From Raja brachyura (lineage: Eukaryota): DNA of 64,000 bases. Below the pieces are notes generated by a model. The model was not told where the DNA came from and did not search any database. It worked only from the letters and a program-made list of their open reading frames with translations. A program made the translations under genes and the position numbers. The stretch's first letter is position 1, and the number at the start of each line of letters is the position of its first letter. Shown here in pieces: positions 51,196-63,440 of the stretch. Location of the stretch: positions 61,566,001-61,630,000 of the forward strand of contig OY740792.1 of the NCBI GenBank assembly GCA_963514005.1, given 5' to 3'.

Positions 51196-51690
51196 TTTTC
51201 GGGTCGAGACCCTTCTTCAGACTGCTGTCAGGGGAGTGGGCGGGACAGAGATAGAATGTAGTCGGAGACAGTTAGACTGGCGGGAGAACTGGGAAGGGGG
51301 AGGGGATGGAGAGAGAGAGGGAAAGCAAGGGCTACTTGAAGTTAGAGAAGTCAATGTTCATACCGCAGGGGTGTAAGCTGCCCAAGCGAAATACAAGGTG
51401 CTGTTACTCCAATTTGCGCTGGGCCTCACTCTGACAATGGAGGAGGCCCAGGCCAGAAAGGTCAGATTGGGAATGGGAGGGGGAGTTGAAGTGCTGAGCC
51501 ACCGGGAGATCAGGTAGGTTGAGGCGGACTGAGCGGAGGTGTTCAGCGAAACGATCGCCGAGCCTGCGCTTGGTGTCGCCGATGTGCAGGACTTGACACC
51601 TGGAACAGCGGATACAGTAGATGAGGTTGGAGGAGGTGCAAGTGAACCTCTGCCTCACCTGGGAAGACTGTCGGGGTCCTTGGACGGACA
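51196..51690 (-). mobile_element. Penelope-like GIY-YIG fragment
   Basis: FTCTSSNLIYCIRCSRC..LHIGDTKRRLGDRFAEH. Related fragments lie at about 46700-47210 and 6285-6455. Confidence 0.85.
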
Positions 51691-51855
51691 TCTTGGCAAC
51701 ATCACTTAATTTGACAGGAGTTAGAATGACAGAAACTGCTACAGTAGCAAGCACAGTATACAGTCTATCCAGTATCACCTTATATCCAGTTAACCATGAC
51801 CACAGACTGGAAGAAAGCATGGCCAGGTCTCCTGTAATTTATTCCTTATCATTAC

Positions 51856-52140
51856 CTTGCATTTTCCAGGATGCAGTCCAAGACTTTTGCAATCGTTCGT
51901 TCCTTATGGTGCACTCGTACATTGTCCTTGACGTATAATCAGTCTTCAAAATGCTCTCAACGTTATAAAGACCTTCCGAGTCAATAGTGTTACATGATGT
52001 TGCATCATTAGTTAGGTCGATCCCATTCTCATCTTGCCATGTTATTAACGGCTGTGGATAAGCACCTGTCACACCACAGGTGATGTTGACCTCAGCATAC
52101 AGCGTGTTTGGGGGCAAAAGTGTCAGGTTCTTACTGTCAC
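51856..52140 (-). CDS. HHLA2: HHLA2-like IgC exon
   Basis: ccttccag| acceptor, G|gtaatg donor, 285 nt, phase 1-1. ITCGVTGAYPQPLITW...EGLYNVESIL...YECTIRNERLQKSWTASWKMQ closely resembles the HHLA2 C-domain end (YECTIEN..LKQTWTGRW). Confidence 0.87.
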
Positions 52141-53159
52141 CTGGAAGGAAGCAATAACCCACGGAATCCTCAGACAATGGAGCTGTGTCTAGACACACAC
52201 ACACACACGGCAATCAACATCTGGAGAGATAACAAGCTGCCAATTCACTTCCAGCTCCTCAGTTTAGATTAGTTTAGTTCAGTTTAGTTTAGTTTGGAGA
52301 TACAGCATTGAAGCAGTTCCTCCGGCCCACCAAGTCCACACCAGTTCTATGTTATTCCACTTTCCCATCCACTCTACACACTGGGAGCAACTTACAGAGG
52401 GCCAATGGACCTACAAACCCGCACCTCTTTGGGATGTGGGAAGAAACCGGAGCACCCGGGGGAAACCCACACGGTCACAGGGAGAACGTGCAAACTCCAC
52501 TTGGACAGCACCTGAGGTCAGGATGGAACCCGGGTCTCTGGCGCTGTGAGGCAGCAGCTCTAGCAGCTGCGCCACTGTGCCTGATCTCTCCAACCTAAAC
52601 ATATATCAATGAATCCACGCACTTGCTTCACAAGTGTATGTGTTGGTACACAAGATTGAGTCAGAGGCGAAGTTAGGAGAGGGAACTCAAAATGAAGTCA
52701 GAACAATGGATTTCAAGGAGATTTTTAAATGCAAAACATGAGGTGGTCAGGTGTGCTCAGGGAGAGTAAATATTACTTCATTTCTCATTTAAAGTTGGCC
52801 CGTTTAGGTTTGTTACTGTCATGTGCACCGAGGTACAGTGAAAAGCTGTGTTTTGCATGCTATCAAAACAGATCAACTAGACCATACGTAAATACAATCA
52901 ATGCGTAGGAAGGAACTGCAGATGCTGGTTTAAACCAAAGATAGACACAAAAAGCTGGAGTAATTCAGTGGGACAGGCATCATCTCTGGAGAGAAGGAAT
53001 TGGTGACGTTTCGGGTCGAGACCCTTCTTCAAACTAGTTTGGGAAAAGTAAAACGAGAGATATAGACGGTGACGTGGAGAGATAAAGAACAATGAATGAA
53101 AGATATGGAAAAAAGTAACGATGATAAAGGAAACAGGCCATTGTAAGCTGTTTGTTAAA

Positions 53160-54890
53160 GAAGGAACTGCAGATGCTGGAGAATCGAGGGTACACAAAAT
53201 GCTGGAGAAACTCAGCGGGTGCAGCAGCATCTAAGGAGCGAAGGAGATAGGCGACGTTTCGGGCCGAAACACTTCTTCAGACCATATTGTTTGCTGTTTG
53301 TTGGGTCAAATCGAGAAGCTGGTGTGACTTGGGTGGGGGAAGGGATGGAGAGAGAGGGAATGCCGGGGTTATTTGAAGTTACAGAAATCACCATTCATAC
53401 CACTGGGCTGTAAGCTGCCCAAGCGAAATATGAGATGCTGTTCCTCCAATTTGCGTTTACTCTCACTCTGACAATGGAGGAGGCCGAGGACAGAAAGTGT
53501 CCGGCAACCGGGAGATCAGGTTGGTTCAGGCGGGCTGAGCGAAGGTGTTCCGCGAAACGATCGCTCAGTCTACGTTTGATCTCACCGATGTATAGAGTCC
53601 ACATCTTGAACAACGGATACAGTAGATGAGGTTGGAGGAGGTGCAAGTGAACCTCTGCCTAAACTGAAAGGACTGTCGGGGGTCCCTGGACAGAGTCGAG
53701 GGGGGAGGTACAGGGACAGGTGTTGCATCTTCTGCGGTTGCAGGGGAAGGTACCTGGGGAGGGGGTGGTTTGGGTGGGAAGGGATGAGTTAACCAGGGAG
53801 TTGCGGAGGGAACGGTCTCTGTGGAAGGTGAACAAGGGGTGGAGATGGGAAAATGCGTCTAGTGCTGGGATCCCGCTGGAGGTGGCGGAAATGTCGGAGG
53901 ATTATGTACCTATGCGACGGTTGATGGGGTGAAAGGTTAGGGGGACTCTGTCTCGGTTGCGGTCGGGGGAGGGGGAACATGGGCGAAGCTACCTAGGAGA
54001 CACGAGTGAGGGCCTCATCTATGATGGGAGAGGGGAACCCCCGTTCAATAAAGAATGAGGACATCTCGGATGTTCTAGTATGGAACATCTTATATTGGGC
54101 GCAGATGTGGCGTAGACGGAGGAATTGGGAGTAGGGAATCGAGTCGTTGCAGGAAGCAGGGTGGGAAGAAGTGTAGTCGAGATAGTTGTGGGAGTCAATG
54201 GGTTTGTAAAGGACGTTAGTCAATAGTCTATTTCTTGTGATGGAGACTGAGATCAAGAAAGGGGAGGGAGGTGTCGGAGATGGTCCAAGTAAATTTGAGC
54301 GCAGGATGGAAATTGGTGGTGAAGTTGATGAAGTCCATGAGTTCTGCATGGGTGCAGGAGGTAGCACTGATGCAGTCATCAATGTAACGTAGATAGAGTT
54401 CGGGGATAGGGCCAGTGTACGCCTGGATCAGGGATCGTTCAACTTACCCCACAAAGAGGCTGGCATAGCTGGGGCCCATAGCTACGCCTTGGACTTGGAG
54501 GAAGTGGGGTTATCGAAGGAGAAGTTGTTAAGGATGAGGACCAGCTCCGCTAGGCAAGTGAGAATGTTAGTGAAGGGAAATTGTTTGGTTCTGGGGTCGA
54601 GGAAGAAATGGAGGACATTAAGGCCTTCCATGGGGGAGGATGGAGGTGTAGTGTGACTGAACGTCGATAGTGAAGATGAGGGAGTGGGGGCTCTGAAAGC
54701 AGAAGTCATTGAAGGGACGAAGGGTGTGTGAGGTGTCTTGGACATAGGTCGGGAGAGATTAGACCGGGGGGGTTAGGATAGAGTTGAGGTGCATGGATAT
54801 CATTTCCGTGGGACAGGAGCAGGCAAAAACAATGGATCTGTCAGGGCAGTTGTGTTTATGGATTTTGGGGAGAATTTAAAACTAGGCCGT
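53160..54890 (-). mobile_element. Penelope-like element body (RT plus GIY-YIG endonuclease) with 3' terminal repeat, decayed
   Basis: LYLRYIDD (~54385), YKPIDSHNYLDYTSSHP, IPYSQFLRLRHIC, LYIGEIKRRLSDRFAEH. Confidence 0.88.
53249..53283 (-). ncRNA. Minimal hammerhead ribozyme motif (GUC site) in a PLE terminal repeat
   Basis: Reverse complement: ggt-CTGAAGA-agtgtttcggccc-GAAAC-GTC-gcct; one stem II mismatch. Confidence 0.55.
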
Positions 54891-56193
54891 GCGTAGCTGG
54901 GGAATGATAAGGCTGAAGGCTGTGGAATGCGAACCGTGCGCGGACGTGGCGTGGAAGGACGAGAAGCCGAAGCAAAGAAGTGGAAGCCAAATAACCGAAT
55001 GGAAGCAAAGCCAAAAAGCCAACTCACAGAAAGGGTGGGACGCCTGAAAGCCAACTCACAGAAAGGCCGCTATGCCGAAACGGCAACTTACCGAAAGGCT
55101 GCGTCGCCTACAAGCCAACTAACCAAATAGCAGCTCTGCCGAAAAGCCAAATAACGGACGTGATGTCGCCAAGAGGGCCGGACTTGTCAGCGATTGGTCC
55201 AGACCCCCGCGTCCATCACATCACTGGCCGGTGGAGATGGGAGGGTGGGGGCCATTTTCCCACACCAGCCATAGGTGACTGGGCAATCTGAACGCGAGCA
55301 CTAAGGTGTAAGCGGCCGAAGGTGCACATCCCTTGGGACAGCCCCCACGCTCCCACTGCCACGGCCACCATCCGCCTCATAATGCACGCACACACACGGG
55401 GTCGGGTGGAACAGAGGTGTGGGACAGTCTGGTCCCTCCGCCCACCCAGAGTCACTGACCGCGATGCACCGCCACCGGACCCCAACCCCCCCCCCCCCCG
55501 GCCGCGGGGACAGATGGCTCGGGGCATTGGCAGCCATAGTAAATCGCTTGTGGTCAGCTCAGTCTGTGCTGGCCTGGCCTCTACATCTCCCTTCCCAGGG
55601 ACTGGCAGCATCTCTGGAGAGAAGGAACGGGTGACAGTTTGGGTCGAGACCCTTCCTCAGACCTTGTTCAGAGCAGTGCTTGTTTTGTAGACAGGAAGGG
55701 GCACAAATCAATTACAAACTTCAGTCTGAAGAAGGGTCTCGATCCGAAAGATCAGCCACTCCCTCCAGTCTCTCCAGAGATGATGCCTGTCCCGCTGAGT
55801 TACTCCAGCATTGTGTGTCTATCTTCAGTGTATGAACCAATATCTGTACTTCCTTCCTACACAGGCACCAACTGAACCTCCCCTGTTCCAGCCTCTGCCA
55901 TATTTTTTATTTCGTTTTACTTTGCTGTGCATCTGTTTTTTGATCCTTTGTTGAGTACTTACAATGAGATTTGTTAACGCTCGACTTGGCTGCATAACAG
56001 CATTTGACAGACATTTGGCCAGGTACATGGATAGGAAAGGTTAAGAGGGATATGGGCCAAACTCGGGCAGGTGGGATTAGTGTAGATGGGGCATGTTGGG
56101 CGGCATGGGCGTGTTGGGCAGAAGGGCCTGTTCCCGTGCTGTGTGACTAGATGACTCTAACAGGACTGACAGACATATAAATGAGGTTCTGAC

Positions 56194-56520
56194 CAGCCAC
56201 TTGCAGGTCGACGTTGGTCTCCACCTTCCCTCGCGAAGTGCTGACGTAACACCGGTACAATCTCTCGTCGCGGATGCTGACGGCGGTCAGATGGAGCGAC
56301 GCATTCCCTCTCGCTATCTCACTGGGGAAGAGTCCCGTCCTTCCCTTGTAGCGTGGTTCCTGGTTCCCCAACTGATCTTCTCCTCGGTAAAAGCTGTGCA
56401 CCACCCGGGTGCTTTGGGCCACACTGTACATCCAGTGCAGCACAATCTCCGGCAGAGGGGCCGGTGGGAAAGTGCAGGGCAACACCACGTCTCTGGAGAC
56501 AACGGCGACCAAGCTCGTAC
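56194..56520 (-). CDS. HHLA2: HHLA2/B7-H7-like first IgV exon
   Basis: ttgcag| acceptor, G|gtcaga donor, 327 nt, phase 1-1. DVVLPCTF...VLHW...VVHSFYRGEDQLGNQEPRYKGRTGLFPSEIARGNASL...RDERLYRCYVST is a B7-family V signature. Confidence 0.85.
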
Positions 56521-56692
56521 CTGCAAGCAAACCGCCACATTGACCGTTACTGATGGGAAACGTATCGTCCGCATCTCCTGCATCAACGAGAGCACGATTC
56601 ACAGCCATCCGCTAACATTAGTTCAGACATACAGCACGGAAACAGGCCCTTCAGCCCACCCAGCCCATTCCGACCATCCACCACCCGTACAC

Positions 56693-58232
56693 CAGGCACG
56701 TGCCGTCAGGGTAGGCAAGGTAGGCACTGCCTACCCTGACTAAAATTATGAAATGGCAATTTTTAAATATAAATAGTAAAGGCATGGGAGAATTATGCCT
56801 GTCTAAGAGATCGATCTCTTAGGTAGGCATAATTCTCCGTGCCTTTCATCCGCAGCGCTTGTGACACGGGACGCTCTGTGCAGCCCACGTGCCGTCAGCG
56901 CTGCCTGAAGCCGTCAGTTTCCAGGGGAGATGAAGGCAGCAGAAATTCTGCCTTTGCAGCCCTGCGCATACGCATCATCCTTCTGCGCATGCGCAGCGCG
57001 AGTTTCTTGGCGGCATTTTCAAATATGGATTGCCATTATTTTAATAGTATCTTAGCAAACAAAGAGTGAAGAATGGACTTAATGTATCAATAATGTAGTA
57101 AGTGCATTTCTTTGTGCTTTATGTTTTTAAATACTGTAGTTCCCGGGGTGGGGGGAGAGCTCCGATCACAGTGTTTGGGCAATCTGGCGTTGTGAAGGAG
57201 GGGATTGGGGTCAGTAACCCACTTGCCACTCTCCGGTCTGAGTGCAGGTAGATGGGACTAGGTGAGAGTAAGTGTTCGGCACGGACTAAAAGGGCCGAGA
57301 TGGCCTGTTTCCGTGCTGTGTTGCCATATGGTTTTATTGTGGCCGGGGAGTGGATTAGCTCGGGTGGCTGCCGCAGCACTCCGGGCACGGACAGCAGAAC
57401 TGGCCGCCACTTCCGAGGAAGGAAGCAGCTCGGGTGACTGCGAGTGGCCGCCGGGACCCTGCCACTTCAGCCACTTCAGCCCCTTCTGCTGGTCCCCACT
57501 CACCTCTGGCAGTGCTCTCCGTCTGAACATCTCTCACCTGCCGCTCGCCGGCCGGCTTCCCGCAAATCTTTAAATTCCGACAGCGCGTTCACGGGACCAG
57601 TTTAGGTTACTTGGCTGTGGGAATTTAAGGATTTGCGGGACGCGGTTGACATGAGCGAAGCCGGCGAACGGCAGGTGAGAGATGTTCAGACGAAGAGCAC
57701 TGCCAGAGGTGATCAGAAGGCGCTGAAGAGCAGCCGGTTTTGGTGTCGGGTCCCGGCGGCCGCTCGCACCCGAGCTGCTTCTATCCCCAGAAGTGGCGGC
57801 CAGTTCTGCTGTCCGTGCCCGGAGCGCTGTGGCAGCGGTGAGTGAGTTTGATATGATCTCTGACCCCCTCCTTCTCAAAACGTCTGCCTTCTCGCATATT
57901 TAACCCCTGCCGCAGGCTCCCCACACGCTGTGAAAGGAACTCCCCCTCCAATTGGACCCTTGAATTAGTATTGTCATTCAATAAGATGACAACTGATTCA
58001 ACGTCCCGGTGTGCTCCCGTTTTTCCCACCATCTCTCCACCTGCCTTCATCCTCCGTCCCCCGCCCATTTAGTAATTAAAAAATGAAGGAGATTTAGAAC
58101 CCTTGGGAAAATTGAATTGTTACTTATTTTTTATTTTCTACGAAGAAAACAATCTGCGCATGCGCGGTTTTAAATTTTTTTTGAAAGCCGGCTGACTGCC
58201 TACCCTGAGTAATTACTCACGGCACGTGCCTG
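56693..58232. mobile_element. Non-autonomous DNA transposon (hAT-like) nested in an HE1-type SINE
   Basis: Perfect 14-bp TIR caggcacgtgccgt / acggcacgtgcctg, subterminal ctgcctaccctga repeats, cgtacac on both flanks, and SINE halves on either side. Confidence 0.75.
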
Positions 58233-58519
58233 CGTACACACTAGTTCTATGTTATCCCACTTTCTCATCCACTCCCTACACACTAGGGGCAATTTACAGA
58301 GGCCAATTAACCTGCAAACATGCACGTCTTGTGATGTGGGAAGAAACCGGAGCACCTGGAGGAGACATTTGTGGTCACAGGGAGAATGTGCAAAATCCAC
58401 ACAGGCAGCAGCACCTGAGGTCAGGATCGAACCCAGGTGCTGAGGCAGCGGCTCTACTTTTGCGCTACTTTGCCGCAGGCTGGAGCAGTATTTTGAGATG
58501 GATCGGGGGATTAACAGAA

Positions 58520-61500
58520 CATGGAAACATAGAAACATAGAAAAATAGGTGCAGGAGTAGGCCATTCGGCCCTTCGAGCCTGCACAGCCATTCAATGTGA
58601 TCATGGCTGATCATCCAACTCAGTATCCCGTACCTGCCTTCTCTCCATACCCCCTGATCCCTTTAGCCACAAGTGCCACATCTAACGCCCTCTTAAATAT
58701 AGCCAATGAACTGGCCTCAACTACCTTCTGTGGCAGAGAATTCCAGAGACTCACCACTCTCTGTGTAAAGAATGTTTTCCTCATCTCGGTCCTAAAGGAA
58801 TTCCCCCTTATCCTTAGACTGTGACCCCTTGTTCTGGACTCCCCCAACATCGGGAACAATCTTCCAGCATCTAGCTTTCCAACCCCTTAAGTTTCTATAA
58901 GATCCCCCCTCAATCTTCTAAATTCCAGCGATTACAAGTCGAGTCTATCCAGTCTTTCCTCATATGAAAGTCCTGACATCCCAGGAATCAGTCTGGTGAA
59001 TCTTCTCTGTACCCCCTCTATGGCAAAAATGTCTTTCCTCAGATTTGGAGACCAAAACTGTACGCAATACTCCAGGTGTGTCCTCACCAAAACACTGTAC
59101 AACTGCAGTGGAACCTCCCTGCTCCTATACTCAAATCTTTTTGCTATGAATGCTAACATACCATTTGCTTTCTTCACTGCCTGCTGCGCCTGCATGCTTA
59201 CTTTCAATGGCTGGTGTGCCATGACACCCAGGTCTCGTTGCATCTCCCCTTTTCCTAATCGGCCACCATTCAGATAATAGTCTACCCTCATGTTTTTGCC
59301 ACCAAAGTGGATAACCTCACATTTATCCACATTATACTGCATCTGCCATGCATCTGCCCATTCACTCAGCCTATCCAAATTACCCTGCAACCTGCAAGCA
59401 TCCTCCTCACACCTAACTATACCCCCCAGCTTGGTGTCATCTGCAAATTTGGAGATGTTGCATTGAATTCCCTCGTCCAAATCATTAATATATATTGTAA
59501 ATAGCTGGGGTCCCAGCACTGAGCCTTGCGGCACCCCACTAGTCACTGCCTGCCATTCTGAAAAGGACCCGTTTACTCCTACCCTTTGCCTCCTGTCTGC
59601 TAGCCAGTTCTCTATCCACATCAATACTGAACCCCCAATACCGTGTGCTTTAAGTTTGTATGCTAATCTCTTATGCGGGACCTTGTCGAAAGCCTTCTGA
59701 AAGTCTAGATATAACACATCCACTGGTTCTCCCTTATCCACTCTACTAGTTACATCCTGGATAAATTCTATCAGATTTGTCAGACATGATTTACCTTTCG
59801 TAATCCATGCTGACTTTGTCCAATGATTTCACCACTTTCCAAATGCGCTGCTATCCCATCTTTAATAGCTGACTCTAGCAGTTTCCCCACTACCGATGTT
59901 AGACTAACTGGTTTGCAATTCCCTGCTTTCTCTCTCCCTCCTTTTTTAAAAAGTGGGATTACATTAGCTACCCTCCAATCCTCAGGAACTACTCCAAATC
60001 TAAGGAATTTTGAAAAATTATCACTAATGCATCCACTATTTCTGTGGCTACCTCCTTGAGTACTCTGGGATGCAGACTATCTGGCCCTGGGGATTTATCG
60101 GCCTTCAATCCGTTCAATTTACCCAACACCACCTCCCGGCTAACCTGGATTTCACTCAGTTCCTCCATCTTATTTGACCCCCGTTCCACTGCTATTTCCG
60201 GCAGATTATTTATGTCTTCCTTAGTGAAGACAGAACCAAAGTAGTTATTCAATTGGTCTGCCATGTCCTTGTTCCCCATGATCAATTCACCTGTTTCTGA
60301 CTGCAATGGACCACATTTGTTTTAACTAGTCTCTTTCTCTTCACATATCTATAAAAACTTTTGCAGTCAGTTTTTATGTTCCCTGCCAGTTTCCTTTCAT
60401 AATCTATTTTCCCTTTCCTAATTAAGCCCTTTGTCCTCCTCTGCTGTATTCTGAATTTCTCCCAGTCCTCCGGTCGGCTGCTTTTTCTGGCCAATTTGTA
60501 TGCCTCATCTTTTGTTTTTATACTATCCCTAATTTCCCTTGTTATCCATGGATCCTGATTTATTCTTTTGCCAAACTGGTATGAACAATTTTTGTACTTC
60601 ATCCATGCAGTCTTTAAATACCTTCCATTGCGCATCCACTGTCAACCCTATAAGAATCACCTGCCAGTCTATCTTGGCCAATTCACATCTCATACCTTCA
60701 AAGTTACCTTTGTTCAAGTTCAGAACCCTTGTTTCTGACTTAATTTTGTCACTCTCCATCCTAATGAAGAACTCAATCATATTATGGTCACTCTTGCCCA
60801 AGGGGCCACGCACAACAAGACTGCTAACTAACCCTTCCTCATTACTCAATACCCAGTCTAGAATAGCCTGCTCTCTCGTTGGTTCCTCCACATGTTGGTT
60901 GAGAAAACTATCCCGCATACATTCCAAGAAATCCTCTTCCTCAGCACCCCTGCCAATTTGATTCACCCAATCTACATGCAGATTGAAGTCACCCATTATA
61001 ACCGTGTTACCCTTGTTGCACGCATTTCTAATTTCCTGTTTGATGCCATCCCCAACTCCAATACTACTGTTAGGTGGCCTGTACACAACTCCCACTAGCG
61101 TTTTCTGCCCCTTAGAGTTTCGCAGCTCTACCCATATCGATTCCACATTCTCCATGCTAATGTCCTTCCTTTCTATTGCATTAATCTCCTCTCTCACCAG
61201 CAACGCTACCCCACCTCCTTTTCCTTTTCATCTATCCCTCCTGAATATTGAATATCCCTGGATGTTCAGCTCCCAGCCTTGGTCACCCTGGAGCCATGTC
61301 TCCGTGATCCCAACTATAGCATAGTCATTAATCGCTATCTGCACCTTCAACTCATCCACCTTATTACGAATGCTCCTCGCATTGAGACACAAAGCCTTCA
61401 GGCTTGTTTTTACAACACTCTTACTCCTTATACAATTATGTTGACAAGTGGCCCCTTTCACATCGATCCCTATTACACGTGGCCATACTCTCCTATCCCT

Positions 61501-62632
61501 TTGTGAGCTTTCTTTCCCGTTAATTCTGGGGTCATTAACCATCCCTTTACTCTCTTTCCCTTTAACTCCGTCCTCGATTATCCCATTTGACACCACACCC
61601 CCCTTATTCAGTTTAAAACCATCCGTGTAGCAGTGGCAAACCTGCCGGCCAGAATGCTGGTCCCCCACCTGTTAAGATGCAAACCGTCCCTTTTGTACAG
61701 TTCCCCCTTACTCCAAAACAGATCCCAGTGATCTAAGAATCTAAATCCCTGCCCCCTGCACCAGTTCCTCAGCCACACATTCAGGTCCCATATCTCCCTG
61801 TTCCTGCTCTCGCCAGCACGAGGAACTGGAAGCAAACCGGAGATAACAACCCCGGAAGTCCTGCTTTTCAGCATTTTTCCGAGCTCTCTGAAGTCCCGCT
61901 GCAGAATATTCATCCCCTTCTTTCCAACATCATTTGTGCCAACATGCACGACCACTTCTGGCTGTTCACCTTCGCCCTTGAGGATTGTCTGCACTCTGTC
62001 CGTGACATCCTGGATCCTGGCACCAGGAAGGCAGCACACCATCCTCGAATCCCGTCTGTTGCCGCAAAAACCCCTGTCTGTACCTCTCACAATGGAGTCT
62101 CCAACTACAATGGCGTTGCCCGACTTTATCCTCTTTGGTTTGGCTCAACAGCCCTTTTTCTTTTGCAAGCCAGTCCGCCGCTCACTGAGATACCGTCTTC
62201 TGTCCCAGCAGCTTCCACATTGGTGAACCTGTTCACAAGAGGTACAACACCCGGGGACCTTTGCATTCCATGTTTTCCTCCCTTTCTCACCGTCACCCAC
62301 CTTCTCTCTTCTAGTGCCTTGGGTGTAACAATCTTACTGTAGGACTTGTCGAGGAACGACTCAGTTTCTCAGATGAACCTGAGGTCATCCACTTCTTTCT
62401 CCAGTTCTCCTTCAGGAGCTGTACCTGGATGCACTTCTCACATTTGTAGCAGCCAGAGGCACCAGCAGTGTCCTTGACCTCCCACATACTGCAAGCATCA
62501 CACTGCATCAGCTTGCTTGACATCTCCTTCTTTTGCCTCGGTCTCTGCCTATCCAGTGTTTTGTGCAGCCTCCTCTCCGAAGACTCTCGAGCCAAAGACT
62601 CACACTTTACTCGCAGGGCACTTCCCTCACAA
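58520..62632 (-). mobile_element. Near-full-length CR1 LINE: ORF1 (zinc finger plus SGNH esterase-like) and ORF2 (APE plus RT), frameshifted
   Basis: ORF1: QCDACSMWE..CEKC, VVHVGTND, DGLHLN. APE: CLNARS, GITETW, MGDFN, KSDH. RT: YLDFQKAFD, GVPQGSVLGP, FADD. 3' tail of (TTTCTATG)n. Confidence 0.95.
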
Positions 62633-63044
62633 GAACCTACTGGCCTTGACTGTAATCATAGAACTATATTAAGCGTAGCCATAAGTTGATGGGGGAGGGG
62701 GGGGGGGGGGGGCAAAGTGGGAAGGGGACGTGCGGAGCAGGTTTTTACACAGAGGGTGGTGGGTGCCCAGAAGCTGCTGCCAGGGGTGGTGGTGGTGGCA
62801 CATACATCAGTATTATTGAAGAGTCTTTTACATAGGCACATAGAGGTGCAGGGAATAGAGGGATAGGAAAAGGTCTGTTCGGCACATACATTGTGGGCCG
62901 AAGGGCCTGTGCTGTACTCTTGTATGCAACGGAGGTGGAATTCTGGGAACTCTGAACTAAACATAACACAAAGGGTCTGAAGAAGGTCCTGAACATCACC
63001 TGTCCATTCCCTCCACATTTGATGAAAGAAGATGACATGTGATG

Positions 63045-63440
63045 AAAGAATGGGTCGACTGAGAGGGGATCTTATAGAAACATATAACATTCTTAAGGAA
63101 TTGGATAGACTAGATGCAAGAAAAATGTTCCCCATGTTGGGGGAGTCCAGAACCAGGGGTCACAGTTTAAGAATAAGGGGTAAGGCATTTAGAACGGAGA
63201 TGAGGAAACACTTTTTCACACAGAGAGTTGTGAGTCTGTGGAATTCTCTGCCTCAGAGGGCGGTTGAGGCTGGTTCTCGGGATACTTTCAAGAGAGAGCT
63301 GGATAGGGCTCTTAAAGATAGCGGATATGCGGAGAAGGCAGGAACGGGGTACTGATTGTGGATGATCAGCCATGATCACATTGAATGGCGGCGCTGGCCT
63401 GAAGTGCCGAATGGCCTACTCCTGCACCTATTGTCTATTG
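63045..63440 (+). mobile_element. CR1 3' fragment
   Basis: LRGDLIETY...FFTQRVVSLWNSLP. Confidence 0.9.
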
